From the IMG/VR virus record IMGVR_UViG_3300003322_001323, positions 1-64,000 of that record: DNA of 64,000 nucleotides, one strand, 5' to 3'. This document shows positions 1-9,578 of the stretch, piece after piece; within the stretch, counting starts at the first letter, position 1, and each line of letters starts with the position of its first letter. This stretch comes from a virus. A model generated the notes under the pieces. That model was given only the letters and a program-made list of their open reading frames with translations. It was not told the origin of the DNA and did no database searches. Position numbers and translations under genes: made by a program.

Positions 1-2819
1 CCTGCGGCGGTGGCGGTGGCGGCTCTCCCGGCGGCTTGAACACGCAGCTGCAGTACAATAACAGCGGCTCCTTTGGCGGAATCTCCAGCGCGGTGTTCAG
101 CGCCGGAGTTCTAACCCTCACCTCGCCGGTGCTGGTCACGCCCGACCTGGGAACGCCTAGCGCCATCACCCTCACCAACGCCTCCGGCCTCCCCCTGTCC
201 GGCCTTATTGGCCTGGGCGCCGGCGTTTCTACGTGGCTGGGCACACCCTCCAGCGCCAACCTGGCGACCGCCGTAACGGGCGAGACCGGCTCGGGCGCGC
301 TCGTCTTTGGCACGAGCCCGACCCTCACCACCCCTAATCTGGGCACGCCCAGCGCGCTTACCTTGACCAACGCTTCCGGCCTTCCGATCGGTGGCATCAG
401 CGCCACGGGAACGCCAAGCTCCACTACCTTCCTGCGGGGTGATGGGCAGTGGGCAACGCCGGCCGGCAGCGGCAACGTCAGTGGTCCCGGCTCCGCCGTA
501 GCCGACAACGTAGTAACCTTTAATGGCACCTCCGGAACCCTCATCAAGGACAGCGGCATTGCCTCCACGGCAATCGTTACGCTGACAGGAACGCAGACCC
601 TCACCAACAAGACGCTGACGGCTCCAGCTCTCGGCACTCCCACGTCCGTTACCTTGACCAATGGTACAGGTTTGCCGATTAGCACGGGTGTGAGCGGCCT
701 GGGAACGGGCATCGCGACGTGGCTGGGTACGCCCTCCAGTGCCAATTTGATTTCAGCGATGACGGATGAAACCGGCACCGGCTCGCTGGTGTTTGGGACG
801 AGCCCGACCCTCACCACTCCCAACCTGGGCACGCCGTCAACGCTTACCCTCACCAACGCCACCGGCCTTCCGCCGTCCACCGGCTTATCCGCGGCGGTGC
901 CGGTTACCAAAGGCGGCACCGGCTGCACGGCCGCAGCCATCGCCTGCGTAACCGCAATCAGCGGGGCTACCGGCACGCCGAGCTCCACCACCTTCTTGCG
1001 GGGCGATGGGCAATGGGCCGTTCCAGCAGGGGGTGGCTCGGGCATTACGGACCTGACGCTGGGCGCTGGGCTCTGCAGCTCCACCACCAATCCCATTACC
1101 GCGGGCGGCGCGACGGTTTCGTGGTGTCAATCGCTGAACGCGCAGACCGGCACGACCTACACGCTGCTCTCCAGCGACGGCGGCAAGCTCGTGACCTTTG
1201 CGAACGCCGGTTCGATCGCGGTGACGGTGCCGCAGGCCACGGGCAGCTTTGGAGCTGGCTATGGTACCAATTTGTACAACAATGGCGCTGGTGTTGCGAC
1301 GCTGACTCCGACCACCAGCACGATTGCGGGCTTAACGTCAATTCCGCTGCAGGCCGGTCAGGGTCTCAGCTTGGCGTCGGATGGCACGGATTATGACGCC
1401 ATCGTGGGCTTGCCAAAGCTGGCCAATAACACCTTCTTTGGCAATAACAGTGGCTCAACCAGCTACGGGAACGCGATGACGGGCACGCAGGCGACCGCCC
1501 TGCTCGATGCCTTTACATCTGGAGCCAAGGGCCTCGCGCCCGCTTCGGGTGGCGGCACGACCAACTTCTTGCGCGCCGATGGCACCTGGGCCGCGCCTCC
1601 GGGCGGTGGCTCTGGTTGCGTGCCTTCCGGCTCTGCCAATCAGGTGCTGACCGATAGCGGCGCGGGAGCCTGCACGAGCAACGCCGCGCTGACCTTCTCC
1701 AGCGGCACCCTGGCGGCGGGAACGGCCGGTTCGGTGCAGGGCAAGGTCAATCTTTCGGGTGCCACCTCGGGGACGGTATCGATCGCGGTGCAGGCTGCGG
1801 CTGGAACGTTCAACTTCAATCTGCCCACCACGGCCGGCAGCGCCGGCGACTGCCTAAAGTCGGGTGGCGGTGGTGCATCCGCGATGACCTGGGGTTCCTG
1901 CGGCGGTGGCGGTTCGTCCTATACCGCAACATTCACCGGCAACGTATCGGGTACGCCCTCGGCGGTGGGCCTCGGTCTTGACTTGGCCGCGGCTACCTTC
2001 ACCGATAATAATACCGCAGCTTCCGGCACCGCCGCGGTATTCGCTGCGCACTCGGTGGAGGCGCCGACGCTGGCCGCAACCAACACGGGGGTAACGACCA
2101 CGCACGCCGCTACCTTCTATGTGGCTGGCGTTCCCGTTACCGGCACCAATGAAACGATAAGCGCCAAGAGCGCCGTTTATATCGCAGCTGGCGACTTGAA
2201 CTTCGGTACGGCTGGTCAGAAAGTTCAACTTTTCAATGTTGGTACTCCGGGTGCAACCAACACGGAATTTGGTAGCTTGTCCTGGGTGAGTAATTCTCTT
2301 GTTCTTACGACTGGTAAAACCGGCACGGGTGTTGGTCGAAGCATTACTATCGATACCTCAACTAATGGCGGTATTGATCTAAAAGCTTCTTCCGGAAATG
2401 CTGTTAGCATATATACCGGCGGGACATTGCAAGTAACCATGGGCGGTTCTGGATATACCGTTAACAATTCCAGTGGTCCACGTTTGCTCAACGCTGCCGC
2501 ATCGGCGACCGCGGCCTCGATCTTGCCGAATCGGGCCAGTACGGCGGCTGGTATCGGCGCGCAGGCATCTGGTAACATGTCACTAATCGCCAATAACACT
2601 GAGCAAGTTCGCATCGATACCAACGGCATGTCGATGCAGGCTGGGGTGCTTACCCTCAAGGGATATACGGTCGCAGGTCTACCCGCTTCTCCAGCTACCG
2701 GCTCCATGGCCTACGTTACTGATGCGAATGCTGCTTGCAGTTTCAATACTACTCCCACCGGCGGCGGTTCGACCGTTTGCAAAGTTTGGTACAATGGCAC
2801 GGCTTGGGTTCAAGGCTGA
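1..2819 (+). CDS. Tail-fibre/adhesin-like Gly/Ser/Thr-rich repeat protein, 5'-truncated
   Basis: Frame is open from base 3 (CGGGGGGSPGGLNTQLQYNN), so the start is upstream of the window. Repeated LGTPSxxTLTNxxGLP and FLRGDGQWA modules; C-terminal YTVAGLPASPATGSMAYVTDA...VWYNGTAW fibre-tip-like motif. Confidence 0.7.
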   Translation, partial: CGGGGGGSPGGLNTQLQYNNSGSFGGISSAVFSAGVLTLTSPVLVTPDLGTPSAITLTNASGLPLSGLIGLGAGVSTWLGTPSSANLATAVTGETGSGALVFGTSPTLTTPNLGTPSALTLTNASGLPIGGISATGTPSSTTFLRGDGQWATPAGSGNVSGPGSAVADNVVTFNGTSGTLIKDSGIASTAIVTLTGTQTLTNKTLTAPALGTPTSVTLTNGTGLPISTGVSGLGTGIATWLGTPSSANLISAMTDETGTGSLVFGTSPTLTTPNLGTPSTLTLTNATGLPPSTGLSAAVPVTKGGTGCTAAAIACVTAISGATGTPSSTTFLRGDGQWAVPAGGGSGITDLTLGAGLCSSTTNPITAGGATVSWCQSLNAQTGTTYTLLSSDGGKLVTFANAGSIAVTVPQATGSFGAGYGTNLYNNGAGVATLTPTTSTIAGLTSIPLQAGQGLSLASDGTDYDAIVGLPKLANNTFFGNNSGSTSYGNAMTGTQATALLDAFTSGAKGLAPASGGGTTNFLRADGTWAAPPGGGSGCVPSGSANQVLTDSGAGACTSNAALTFSSGTLAAGTAGSVQGKVNLSGATSGTVSIAVQAAAGTFNFNLPTTAGSAGDCLKSGGGGASAMTWGSCGGGGSSYTATFTGNVSGTPSAVGLGLDLAAATFTDNNTAASGTAAVFAAHSVEAPTLAATNTGVTTTHAATFYVAGVPVTGTNETISAKSAVYIAAGDLNFGTAGQKVQLFNVGTPGATNTEFGSLSWVSNSLVLTTGKTGTGVGRSITIDTSTNGGIDLKASSGNAVSIYTGGTLQVTMGGSGYTVNNSSGPRLLNAAASATAASILPNRASTAAGIGAQASGNMSLIANNTEQVRIDTNGMSMQAGVLTLKGYTVAGLPASPATGSMAYVTDANAACSFNTTPTGGGSTVCKVWYNGTAWVQG

Positions 2820-2835
2820 TCGGAACAAAAGATAC

Positions 2836-5800
2836 ATGAAATTCTTCCGATACAAATCGCCCTACGAGCAGAAGCTAGCCAAGCGTTTTAATGTCTCGCG
2901 TCGTTGTACGCTCATGGCATTGGGATTTGCGGGGCTGCTTTGCGGCGCGCCGGTTGAAAAGGCTGTGGCCTTTATCTTTGCCGGTGGCGCAGCCCAGACT
3001 TCTCCCCCTGGTACCCTGATTACCAGCGTTGGGGTTCGCAACCTGGCGGGCTCGACGCAGACCAACTCCATCATCCGGCACGGCATGCTGTTTGAGCAGG
3101 GGGAGCTGCCGGCCGGCTATACGGCGGTACACGCGCCGTCCGGTTCCACCACACCGCTAACCAATACCAATATGTTCGCCATGAACTATTGGCCGGACGG
3201 TTCGGTGCGGCAGGCCGTGATGGCGGCGCAAATCCCGTCATTGGGTACTGGAACCGTCGTAGACCCACGCGGCAATTCCATTCCGGGCACAAATCTGGAC
3301 ATCATCAAGGTTGCCGGCCAGTCGGTGGCCGCGGGAATGTCCAAGGCTAACGTCATATCTTACATGACGTTAAATACCAATACCGCGACTGCGAACTGGG
3401 TTGGGGTGGACATCAACGGCATAACCTGGACTGCCGACGCGCTCACCGCGATGAATGGCTCAACTTCCTGGTCGATGACCGCCGCTTCCTATCGGGGTAC
3501 CTTTTATACCGGCGCCTTCATGGACTGCTTCTGCGCGACCATGCCGTTGATGAACGGCGCGACGCCGCATCCCATCCTCCTGGCTGAGTTTTGGATTTTC
3601 GTCTATCACAACGGCAACACGGTGCTAGACATCTGCACCGATTGCGTCATTGAGAACGGGGTTCTCGGACTTGGTAATCCGGCGATCGGCGTCAACAATG
3701 GCGACTATTTCTTCGCCGATTTGACCCTCTATCAGGGCATGGCGCAGACCAACATCGCGTGGCAGCGGTTGGCCGAAACGCCGGACAACACCCTCAACTT
3801 GACGCTTGGCCGTGTCTCGACACTTCCCGCCTCGCAGGCCAATGGCGCCTATCTGACTGGTGGCACCTTTACCTTCCAGCAGCGCCATATTGGCCGCATT
3901 CTGGAGGCGCAGGGACAACTCGCTTACATCTTCCGCACGGGAGCTACCGGCTACGCTACGGTGACGTCGCCGGGTAGTGGTTATACCTCCGCCTCTACCG
4001 TGACCAACAGCGGTGGTACGGCGCTCTGCAGCGCCATCGTCGATTCCGCAACGGGTGGGCTGCTGGGCATCAATATTTATGATGGCCCGATCAGTGGTAA
4101 TCAGTTGCTAACCATGGGGACGTTGGGCACGCTCACCGTGTCGGGTGGCACTGGCGCGGTTATCAGCAAGAATACCACCGCTTCCAACGCTTGCCTCCTC
4201 CCGGCGCCATGTCTGATTGGTTCTGTGTGTCGCCAGCAGAGCACGGCGGGCGGTACGCTGACCATCACTGGAAACGCCGCGTATAGCGGGGTTGCCTATC
4301 CCGGCCGCTGGGGTGGCTCGTGCTTTCTTTATTCACCCAACGACAATTCGGCGCTGACGTTTACCGTTGCCGGCACGCTGCACGGAAGCTCAACCCCGAC
4401 CACGCAAAACTTCACTGGTCCGGCCGCTGGAAACATTGTCAATATCGGCGCCTGGGACAAGATTACCGGCGTTACCTATACGGGCGGCACGCCAAGCAAC
4501 ATCAACCTGGGGACGGGTGGCCTGGATTGCCCCACCAACGCCGTTTCCAACAAGGGTGGCAACGTCACCTTCGGAGGCACGGTTGCGCCGGGTAACTGGC
4601 GAATTTTGGGTTGTCATATTCCAAACCACAACGCGCTGCATCAGCGGACCTGGATGAACGGGACACCGCGCAATTACGTCTCCTTCGACTCGACCTATCT
4701 GCTGGGCACGAAGGTCTTTTCCAACTACGCAATCAATGACGTTACCAAGAGCGACTACGCTACTAATGCCACGGCGGAAATTGCCCTGTTGAATGGCTGG
4801 CCACAGGGGTCCTCCACGAATTTTCCCGATAGCGTTGATTACAACCCGTTCTATTCCTCCGGAAACGCGACCATCAACGGCCAGGTCTTCGGCTTCCCGA
4901 TCTTTGAGTCGCAGTCTGGCGCGGCGGCAGGCCTCAGCTCCGACAGCGAATTCGACGTCCAATGGCTCGTCTGCCAGACCTATGACGCCTGGCGCGATAC
5001 CTACGAGCGCGCCCGTTTCAACTGCATGTACACCCCGATGTACCTGCGCGACGAAACGACCGGCATGTGCCCGGACATGGCGACATACCCAAGCTGCAGC
5101 ACGGGCTCCGGAGGTACCAGACCAATTCTTTATACCACGGCCGCGCAGGCGAACGGTTACGACGGCGCGGTGGGCGGACTCAGTTCCGGCTTCAACTGGT
5201 ACAACATCGACGGCGCGCACCAGAATACGCGTTTCCGCATGGCTGCGGTCATGTCCGGCGATCCCTTCCTGCTGCGGGGACTGCAGTACGAAGCGTTCAT
5301 GCGCTGGACGGCGAATCTTTCCTCCTGGGGCCTGGGATACGATCGGCCCGCCACGCCCAGCAGCGGAAACCAGATACGGTGGACCGCCTGGAACCTGAAG
5401 TCTCCCAGCCAGGCTTGGATACATCACAACGAGAACGCCGAGGTCGGCGTGCTCGCGCCCATGTCGATCTTCCAGACCTACACCACCCGGATGCTGACCA
5501 ACCCCAGCAAGGGCAGCGGTCTTGACGATTATTATTCCTCGACGGCGCCCGGCAACAACCCCAACGGCTTCAACAAGGCCAGCTATGGCAATTTCCGCTG
5601 GCTGGTCGGCGGCGACAAGAACTCTACCGTCAGCAGCTCGCAGACCTTCCAAACCAATTACCTTATGTCCACCATCGGCGGTATCATCTCCAATGGCAAG
5701 GCCACCGCAGAGATGCTCAATTTCGTGCAGTGGTATGGGCAGTCCGTCGTCCAGAACATTCTAAACACGACCGACATTAACCCGCGCTGGCAGTATAAAT

Positions 5801-6687
5801 CAATCGACGTGCCCTTCGCCGATTTCTGCGATGGTACCTTCATCGGAAACTTCTCGCAGATTTTTCCGCTTTATATGAAATATTTTCCGTCTCAGATGGC
5901 TGACTATTCCGTTAGCTATAGCCGGCCCAACACCTCGCTGACCCTGAGCGCGGCTTCGGGCTCTGGTGTAACGGTTACTACGGGCTCTGCCGTCTTCTTT
6001 AGCGATATGGTGGGAGCCTACATCGCGGATACGCTCTACACTTCAACTCTATTGACCAGCAGCCCGTGGACGGTGACGATCTCCGGCGGCCATCCCTTCG
6101 TGAATGGGCAGGCGATCCAGGCAACGCCGACGACGCGCCCCTCCGGCTTTGGTCAGCCTGCAATGGCCGATCCCTTGACGTTCGGCACCACCTACTATGC
6201 CGGAAACGTCACTGCCACGACCTTTGAACTTTTCACGGATGCCGGCCTCACCAACCGTGTGCAGTTCACCAACGCCCGCACCGGCACGTCGTTCTTTGCC
6301 GGCTTGGCGCAGATCACCGCCGTTTCGCAAAGCGGTTTCAACCCGGTTACCACCTGTACCGTCAATATCCTGCGGCCCTTCGCACGCACCAATATGCCCA
6401 ACAATACTTCGGGTAAGGAGTGGCAAATCAGCCCCCCACCTGCTGGCCCCAACGTTCCCCAGACCTTCCTGCCTGCGGGCACGGTGACCAACCAGAACAG
6501 TGGTGAGGTTAAGGGCTACTACTTCGATACGATCGGTGCGCTAGCCATGTTCGCGCTGCACCCATCGCTGGAGACCCAAGCCAAGCTAGCCTGGGATACC
6601 TTGTGGCAGTGGGGCATAAATTCCGGATACGTCATCAGCGATTTTGCCAACAGTGGCAACCTGTTTACCACCTATCGGTACCGCTGA
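2836..6687 (+). CDS. Large Tat-signal protein: N-terminal RIFT-barrel-like domain, PL26/PcRGLX-like alpha-toroid, C-terminal FCCH-like beta module; putative depolymerase or attachment protein
   Basis: ATG at 2836 just after the fibre stop. SRRCTL + hydrophobic stretch + AVA; HGMLFEQGELP...WPDGSVRQAV; DGAHQ...SGDPFLLRGLQYEA...QIRWTAWNLK; GHPFVNGQ...GTTYYAGNVTATTFEL. Confidence 0.55.
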   Translation: MKFFRYKSPYEQKLAKRFNVSRRCTLMALGFAGLLCGAPVEKAVAFIFAGGAAQTSPPGTLITSVGVRNLAGSTQTNSIIRHGMLFEQGELPAGYTAVHAPSGSTTPLTNTNMFAMNYWPDGSVRQAVMAAQIPSLGTGTVVDPRGNSIPGTNLDIIKVAGQSVAAGMSKANVISYMTLNTNTATANWVGVDINGITWTADALTAMNGSTSWSMTAASYRGTFYTGAFMDCFCATMPLMNGATPHPILLAEFWIFVYHNGNTVLDICTDCVIENGVLGLGNPAIGVNNGDYFFADLTLYQGMAQTNIAWQRLAETPDNTLNLTLGRVSTLPASQANGAYLTGGTFTFQQRHIGRILEAQGQLAYIFRTGATGYATVTSPGSGYTSASTVTNSGGTALCSAIVDSATGGLLGINIYDGPISGNQLLTMGTLGTLTVSGGTGAVISKNTTASNACLLPAPCLIGSVCRQQSTAGGTLTITGNAAYSGVAYPGRWGGSCFLYSPNDNSALTFTVAGTLHGSSTPTTQNFTGPAAGNIVNIGAWDKITGVTYTGGTPSNINLGTGGLDCPTNAVSNKGGNVTFGGTVAPGNWRILGCHIPNHNALHQRTWMNGTPRNYVSFDSTYLLGTKVFSNYAINDVTKSDYATNATAEIALLNGWPQGSSTNFPDSVDYNPFYSSGNATINGQVFGFPIFESQSGAAAGLSSDSEFDVQWLVCQTYDAWRDTYERARFNCMYTPMYLRDETTGMCPDMATYPSCSTGSGGTRPILYTTAAQANGYDGAVGGLSSGFNWYNIDGAHQNTRFRMAAVMSGDPFLLRGLQYEAFMRWTANLSSWGLGYDRPATPSSGNQIRWTAWNLKSPSQAWIHHNENAEVGVLAPMSIFQTYTTRMLTNPSKGSGLDDYYSSTAPGNNPNGFNKASYGNFRWLVGGDKNSTVSSSQTFQTNYLMSTIGGIISNGKATAEMLNFVQWYGQSVVQNILNTTDINPRWQYKSIDVPFADFCDGTFIGNFSQIFPLYMKYFPSQMADYSVSYSRPNTSLTLSAASGSGVTVTTGSAVFFSDMVGAYIADTLYTSTLLTSSPWTVTISGGHPFVNGQAIQATPTTRPSGFGQPAMADPLTFGTTYYAGNVTATTFELFTDAGLTNRVQFTNARTGTSFFAGLAQITAVSQSGFNPVTTCTVNILRPFARTNMPNNTSGKEWQISPPPAGPNVPQTFLPAGTVTNQNSGEVKGYYFDTIGALAMFALHPSLETQAKLAWDTLWQWGINSGYVISDFANSGNLFTTYRYR

Positions 6688-7217
6688 TGCAGCTCGCCTG
6701 GGGCCAGAAGGTTTCAGAGCAGTTCGCCCGCGCTACCATCTCCATGAGCGCGCGCCTCGGTATCTCGGAACCCTCATGGCTCATGGCTTGCATGGCCTTC
6801 GAAACCGGCCGCACCTTCTCCCCCTGTATTCGCAACGCGGCTGGCTCGGGTGCGGTTGGGCTCATTCAGTTTATGCCCGCCACCGCGACTGCCCTGGGCA
6901 CCACCACGGAGGAGCTCGCCACCCTCAAGGCCGAGGACCAGCTGTTGTACGTGGAGCTGTTCTTCAAGCCCTGGGCGCGCCGGCTCAAGTCGCTGGGCGA
7001 CGTCTACGGCGCGATCTTGTGGCCGGGAATGATCGGCAAGCTGGATACCGCAGTGATCTTTGAGCGCGACGATCCGGAGCGTCCCAAGCTTTACCTGCAG
7101 AACAGGGGGCTGGACCTGAACCATGACGGTCACATCACGCGCGGCGAGATTATCGCGCGCGTGACCAGAGAGTTGGATGAAGGATTGAACGCGCCGAACG
7201 TGTTGGAGCTATTATGA
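6687..7217 (+). CDS. Endolysin, lytic transglycosylase (SLT-like)
   Basis: TGATG overlap with the upstream stop. WLMACMAFETG...GAVGLIQFMP; C-terminal LDLNHDGHITRGE EF-hand-like motif. Confidence 0.85.
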   Translation: MQLAWGQKVSEQFARATISMSARLGISEPSWLMACMAFETGRTFSPCIRNAAGSGAVGLIQFMPATATALGTTTEELATLKAEDQLLYVELFFKPWARRLKSLGDVYGAILWPGMIGKLDTAVIFERDDPERPKLYLQNRGLDLNHDGHITRGEIIARVTRELDEGLNAPNVLELL

Positions 7218-7456
7218 GTGAAGACATCAAGGGGAAAATTGCGCTGGTATTCGCCTATACCCTGGCGATCATCGTCGTGTGGTGCGTGTTTTCGATCACG
7301 GTTGGATTTATCGCCGCGCGCTTGTTGAACCTAGAGGTCAAGATAGACAACTTCTATAATTTCATCATGTTCGTCGTCAGCAACTGTCTCACCGCGATTG
7401 TCTCTACGCTTGCCGCCAGTCGCAAGCCCAATGAAAATATCCAGGAGAATAAATAA
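7214..7456 (+). CDS. Putative holin (2 TM)
   Basis: 80 aa, two hydrophobic segments and a charged C-terminus, directly after the endolysin. Confidence 0.55.
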   Translation: MSEDIKGKIALVFAYTLAIIVVWCVFSITVGFIAARLLNLEVKIDNFYNFIMFVVSNCLTAIVSTLAASRKPNENIQENK

Positions 7457-7827
7457 TGAATCCGAATATCGTTGCCGTCTTCGCCGCCGCTCGCGGCCTG
7501 CTGATTGCGCTCGGCGCCGCGATGGTATCGCTCAACCTGGGCGACACGCACGCCTATTCGGTGGTGATGCAGGTTGCCGGTTCAATCATGATCGTTGGAC
7601 CGATGGTCTGGGCCGTCTTCGAGAAGCTCGTGACTCTCAAGCGTGCCATCGCCGCGGCCGTGCAGGCCGGCATCAACCTCACGGTCAGCGGTTCAGCCGT
7701 GACCAAGGACGGTTCGGTGGTGGACAAGAATGATGGTACCATTCCGCCGAAGCCGGTAACGGTAAAGACGGCGGAGGAAATTGTGAAGGATTTCGCGCCC
7801 CCACCTAAATCAATAACGAAGGTGTAA
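7456..7827 (+). CDS. Membrane protein, holin/antiholin-like
   Basis: Two N-terminal hydrophobic helices; GGAG RBS; inside the lysis cassette. Confidence 0.5.
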   Translation: MNPNIVAVFAAARGLLIALGAAMVSLNLGDTHAYSVVMQVAGSIMIVGPMVWAVFEKLVTLKRAIAAAVQAGINLTVSGSAVTKDGSVVDKNDGTIPPKPVTVKTAEEIVKDFAPPPKSITKV

Positions 7828-7831
7828 CACC

Positions 7832-8080
7832 TTGTGGGTTATAAATATCCTGCTGGCCATTGCATCGTTGGGCTTGAAGCTCTGGCGATTGCTGAAGCCA
7901 AGCTCCGAACGGCAGCTGGGCCGAGCGGAAACCGAGCGCGACAACGCGCAAGGAGGGCTTGATGAGGTTCGCAGAGCTGTTGAGGCTGGCGATCGCCAGC
8001 GGGGTGCTGATGCTGGGCGCCTGCTCGATCGAGAATCCCCCGCCGCCGATCGTCGCCCGTGGCGACCCCATCCCGACTAA
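7832..8080 (+). CDS. Putative inner-membrane spanin (Rz-like)
   Basis: N-terminal TM followed by a charged helical region; overlaps a lipoprotein ORF in another frame. Confidence 0.55.
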   Translation: MWVINILLAIASLGLKLWRLLKPSSERQLGRAETERDNAQGGLDEVRRAVEAGDRQRGADAGRLLDRESPAADRRPWRPHPD

Positions 8081-8285
8081 GCCCCTGGCCTGCACCGAGC
8101 TTCCCTTCATTCCGTTCCAGGCCGGCAAGCCCGGGGTGACGGTGGCGGACGTGGAGGCGGCGCTTCGGGAACCCTCGGACCCACTCGGCTACGCCCGGGG
8201 AACCCTCGGGGACACCCGAAGCACCCGGCTCGCCCTAAGCGATTACGCCGCGCGCCGGCGGGCGCTAGGCTGCGTGGACCCGTAG
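7959..8285 (+). CDS. Putative outer-membrane spanin (Rz1-like lipoprotein)
   Basis: Lipobox LGAC, Pro-rich mature part; GGAGGG RBS lies inside the upstream gene. Confidence 0.6.
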   Translation: MMRFAELLRLAIASGVLMLGACSIENPPPPIVARGDPIPTKPLACTELPFIPFQAGKPGVTVADVEAALREPSDPLGYARGTLGDTRSTRLALSDYAARRRALGCVDP

Positions 8286-8460
8286 CAGGTGGGCCTGGAC
8301 GCGCCGCAAGCGCCATCCCAAGAGCTCTAGGCGGGCCAAATCCAGCACTAAGCGGGTAAGGAGAACCCCCAGCTGGAACCCGTCTCGAAGGCCCTCGCCG
8401 GCCGATTTAAAGAATATCAGCATGGGCGAATAACGCCCCACCCACAGAAGGGTTCCCAAG

Positions 8461-8685
8461 TTGAGCCAATTATCCGACGAAGCCCGCATCGCCGTTCTGG
8501 AGAGGGAGATGGAAGACCTCAAGGCCCAGTACGTAACTGACATGAATATTATTAAGACCGATTTGAAAGACCTCCTCAGCAAATTCAACCAGATGACCGG
8601 TGGTCAAAAAGCCTGGTTCGGGCTCATGACGCTTCTTGGTGGATTTATTGGCCTTATCATTGGTCTGCTTTCCTCGCATCGCTAA
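8461..8685 (+). CDS. XhlA-like coiled-coil protein with C-terminal TM
   Basis: RIAVLEREMEDLK coiled coil followed by a hydrophobic tail. Confidence 0.55.
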   Translation: MSQLSDEARIAVLEREMEDLKAQYVTDMNIIKTDLKDLLSKFNQMTGGQKAWFGLMTLLGGFIGLIIGLLSSHR

Positions 8686-8823
8686 TCGGCCTCAGCGACG
8701 GGCCGCCCGATTGCCATACTCCTGCGGACACCTTCTCCCCTCCGGGTGCGAAGTAAGACGCGGCAATCGGACGGTCTTTCACTGCGGCTGGAATGTTTCC
8801 ATCGTAGTAACCCGGAGAGAAGC

Positions 8824-9216
8824 ATGAAACACGCATTGAAGATGCTTGCGCTCGCCGGCAGCCTAGCTCTAAGCCTGGGTGCCTGCGCGCTCCTGCAGAA
8901 GACCAATCCCGACGTGGCCAGCGATGCCATTCGCGCGACGCAGGTGGCGATCACCACCTATGCCGACGTCTATCAGCCAGCCGTCATCGCCTATGGCAAT
9001 CTGCCGGTGTGCAACGGGTCCACGCCTATCTGTCGCGACCAGGCGCTGCACGCCAAAATGAAGGCGGCAGACCTGGCGGCGAGCACGGCCATTGAGACCG
9101 CGCGAAAGGTGATGAACACCAACGTCGGTGACGGCGGCGAGCTCACCGCCGCCATCCAGGCCATCATCTCGGCCGAAACCACGATCGCGCAGGCCGGCGC
9201 GATCCTCAAGAAGTAG
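8824..9216 (+). CDS. Lipoprotein
   Basis: GGAG RBS; MKHALKMLALAGSLALSLGAC lipobox. Confidence 0.7.
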   Translation: MKHALKMLALAGSLALSLGACALLQKTNPDVASDAIRATQVAITTYADVYQPAVIAYGNLPVCNGSTPICRDQALHAKMKAADLAASTAIETARKVMNTNVGDGGELTAAIQAIISAETTIAQAGAILKK

Positions 9217-9225
9217 GAGGCGCCA

Positions 9226-9423
9226 TTGAACGCTCAACAGGTATTGGCCATCGTGCTGCAGGTGCTGGCGCTCTTTCCGACGCTGGAGCCGGCCATCGTG
9301 CGCGCCATCGAGGACTTCAAAAAGCTGTTCGAGAACGGCGGCGAGCCCACCCAGGCCGACATCGACGCCCTGCTGGACCGCGTGAAATTGCAGAGCAGCA
9401 TCATTCAGAGCCAGCCCGACTAA
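9226..9423 (+). CDS. Hypothetical small helical protein
   Basis: AGGAGG RBS, TTG start, last gene before the terminator. Confidence 0.6.
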   Translation: MNAQQVLAIVLQVLALFPTLEPAIVRAIEDFKKLFENGGEPTQADIDALLDRVKLQSSIIQSQPD

Positions 9424-9447
9424 AAGTCGCTGGATCATTGCAGAAAT

Positions 9448-9490
9448 AAAAAGGCCCGCCGGGTTCTCCCCGAGCGGGCCTTTTCTTTTT
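9448..9490. terminator. Bidirectional intrinsic terminator
   Basis: AAAAAGGCCCGC-CGGG-ttct-CCCG-a-GCGGGCCTTTTCTTTTT between convergent gene blocks. Confidence 0.85.
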
Positions 9491-9578
9491 CATCGGTCGT
9501 AACTCTCTGCACGTTCACATATAACCCTCCCACCTTGGTTCAACCAGTTGGTTCAACATCTCAGACCCCACCAGCCTA

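Noticed and set aside
4390-5652. Long antisense or alternate-frame ORFs (also 17789-18799, 26595-27578, 37358-38332, 41468-42451, 53190-54386, 55419-56546)
   Set aside because: Shadows of well-supported genes in high-GC DNA; no motifs or RBS.
1-6687. Diversity-generating retroelement acting on fibre genes
   Set aside because: No reverse transcriptase; internal repeats differ at synonymous positions rather than specifically at adenines.
8265-8423. Possible small antisense gene inside the lysis cassette
   Set aside because: No convincing RBS or motif; cannot be supported from sequence alone.
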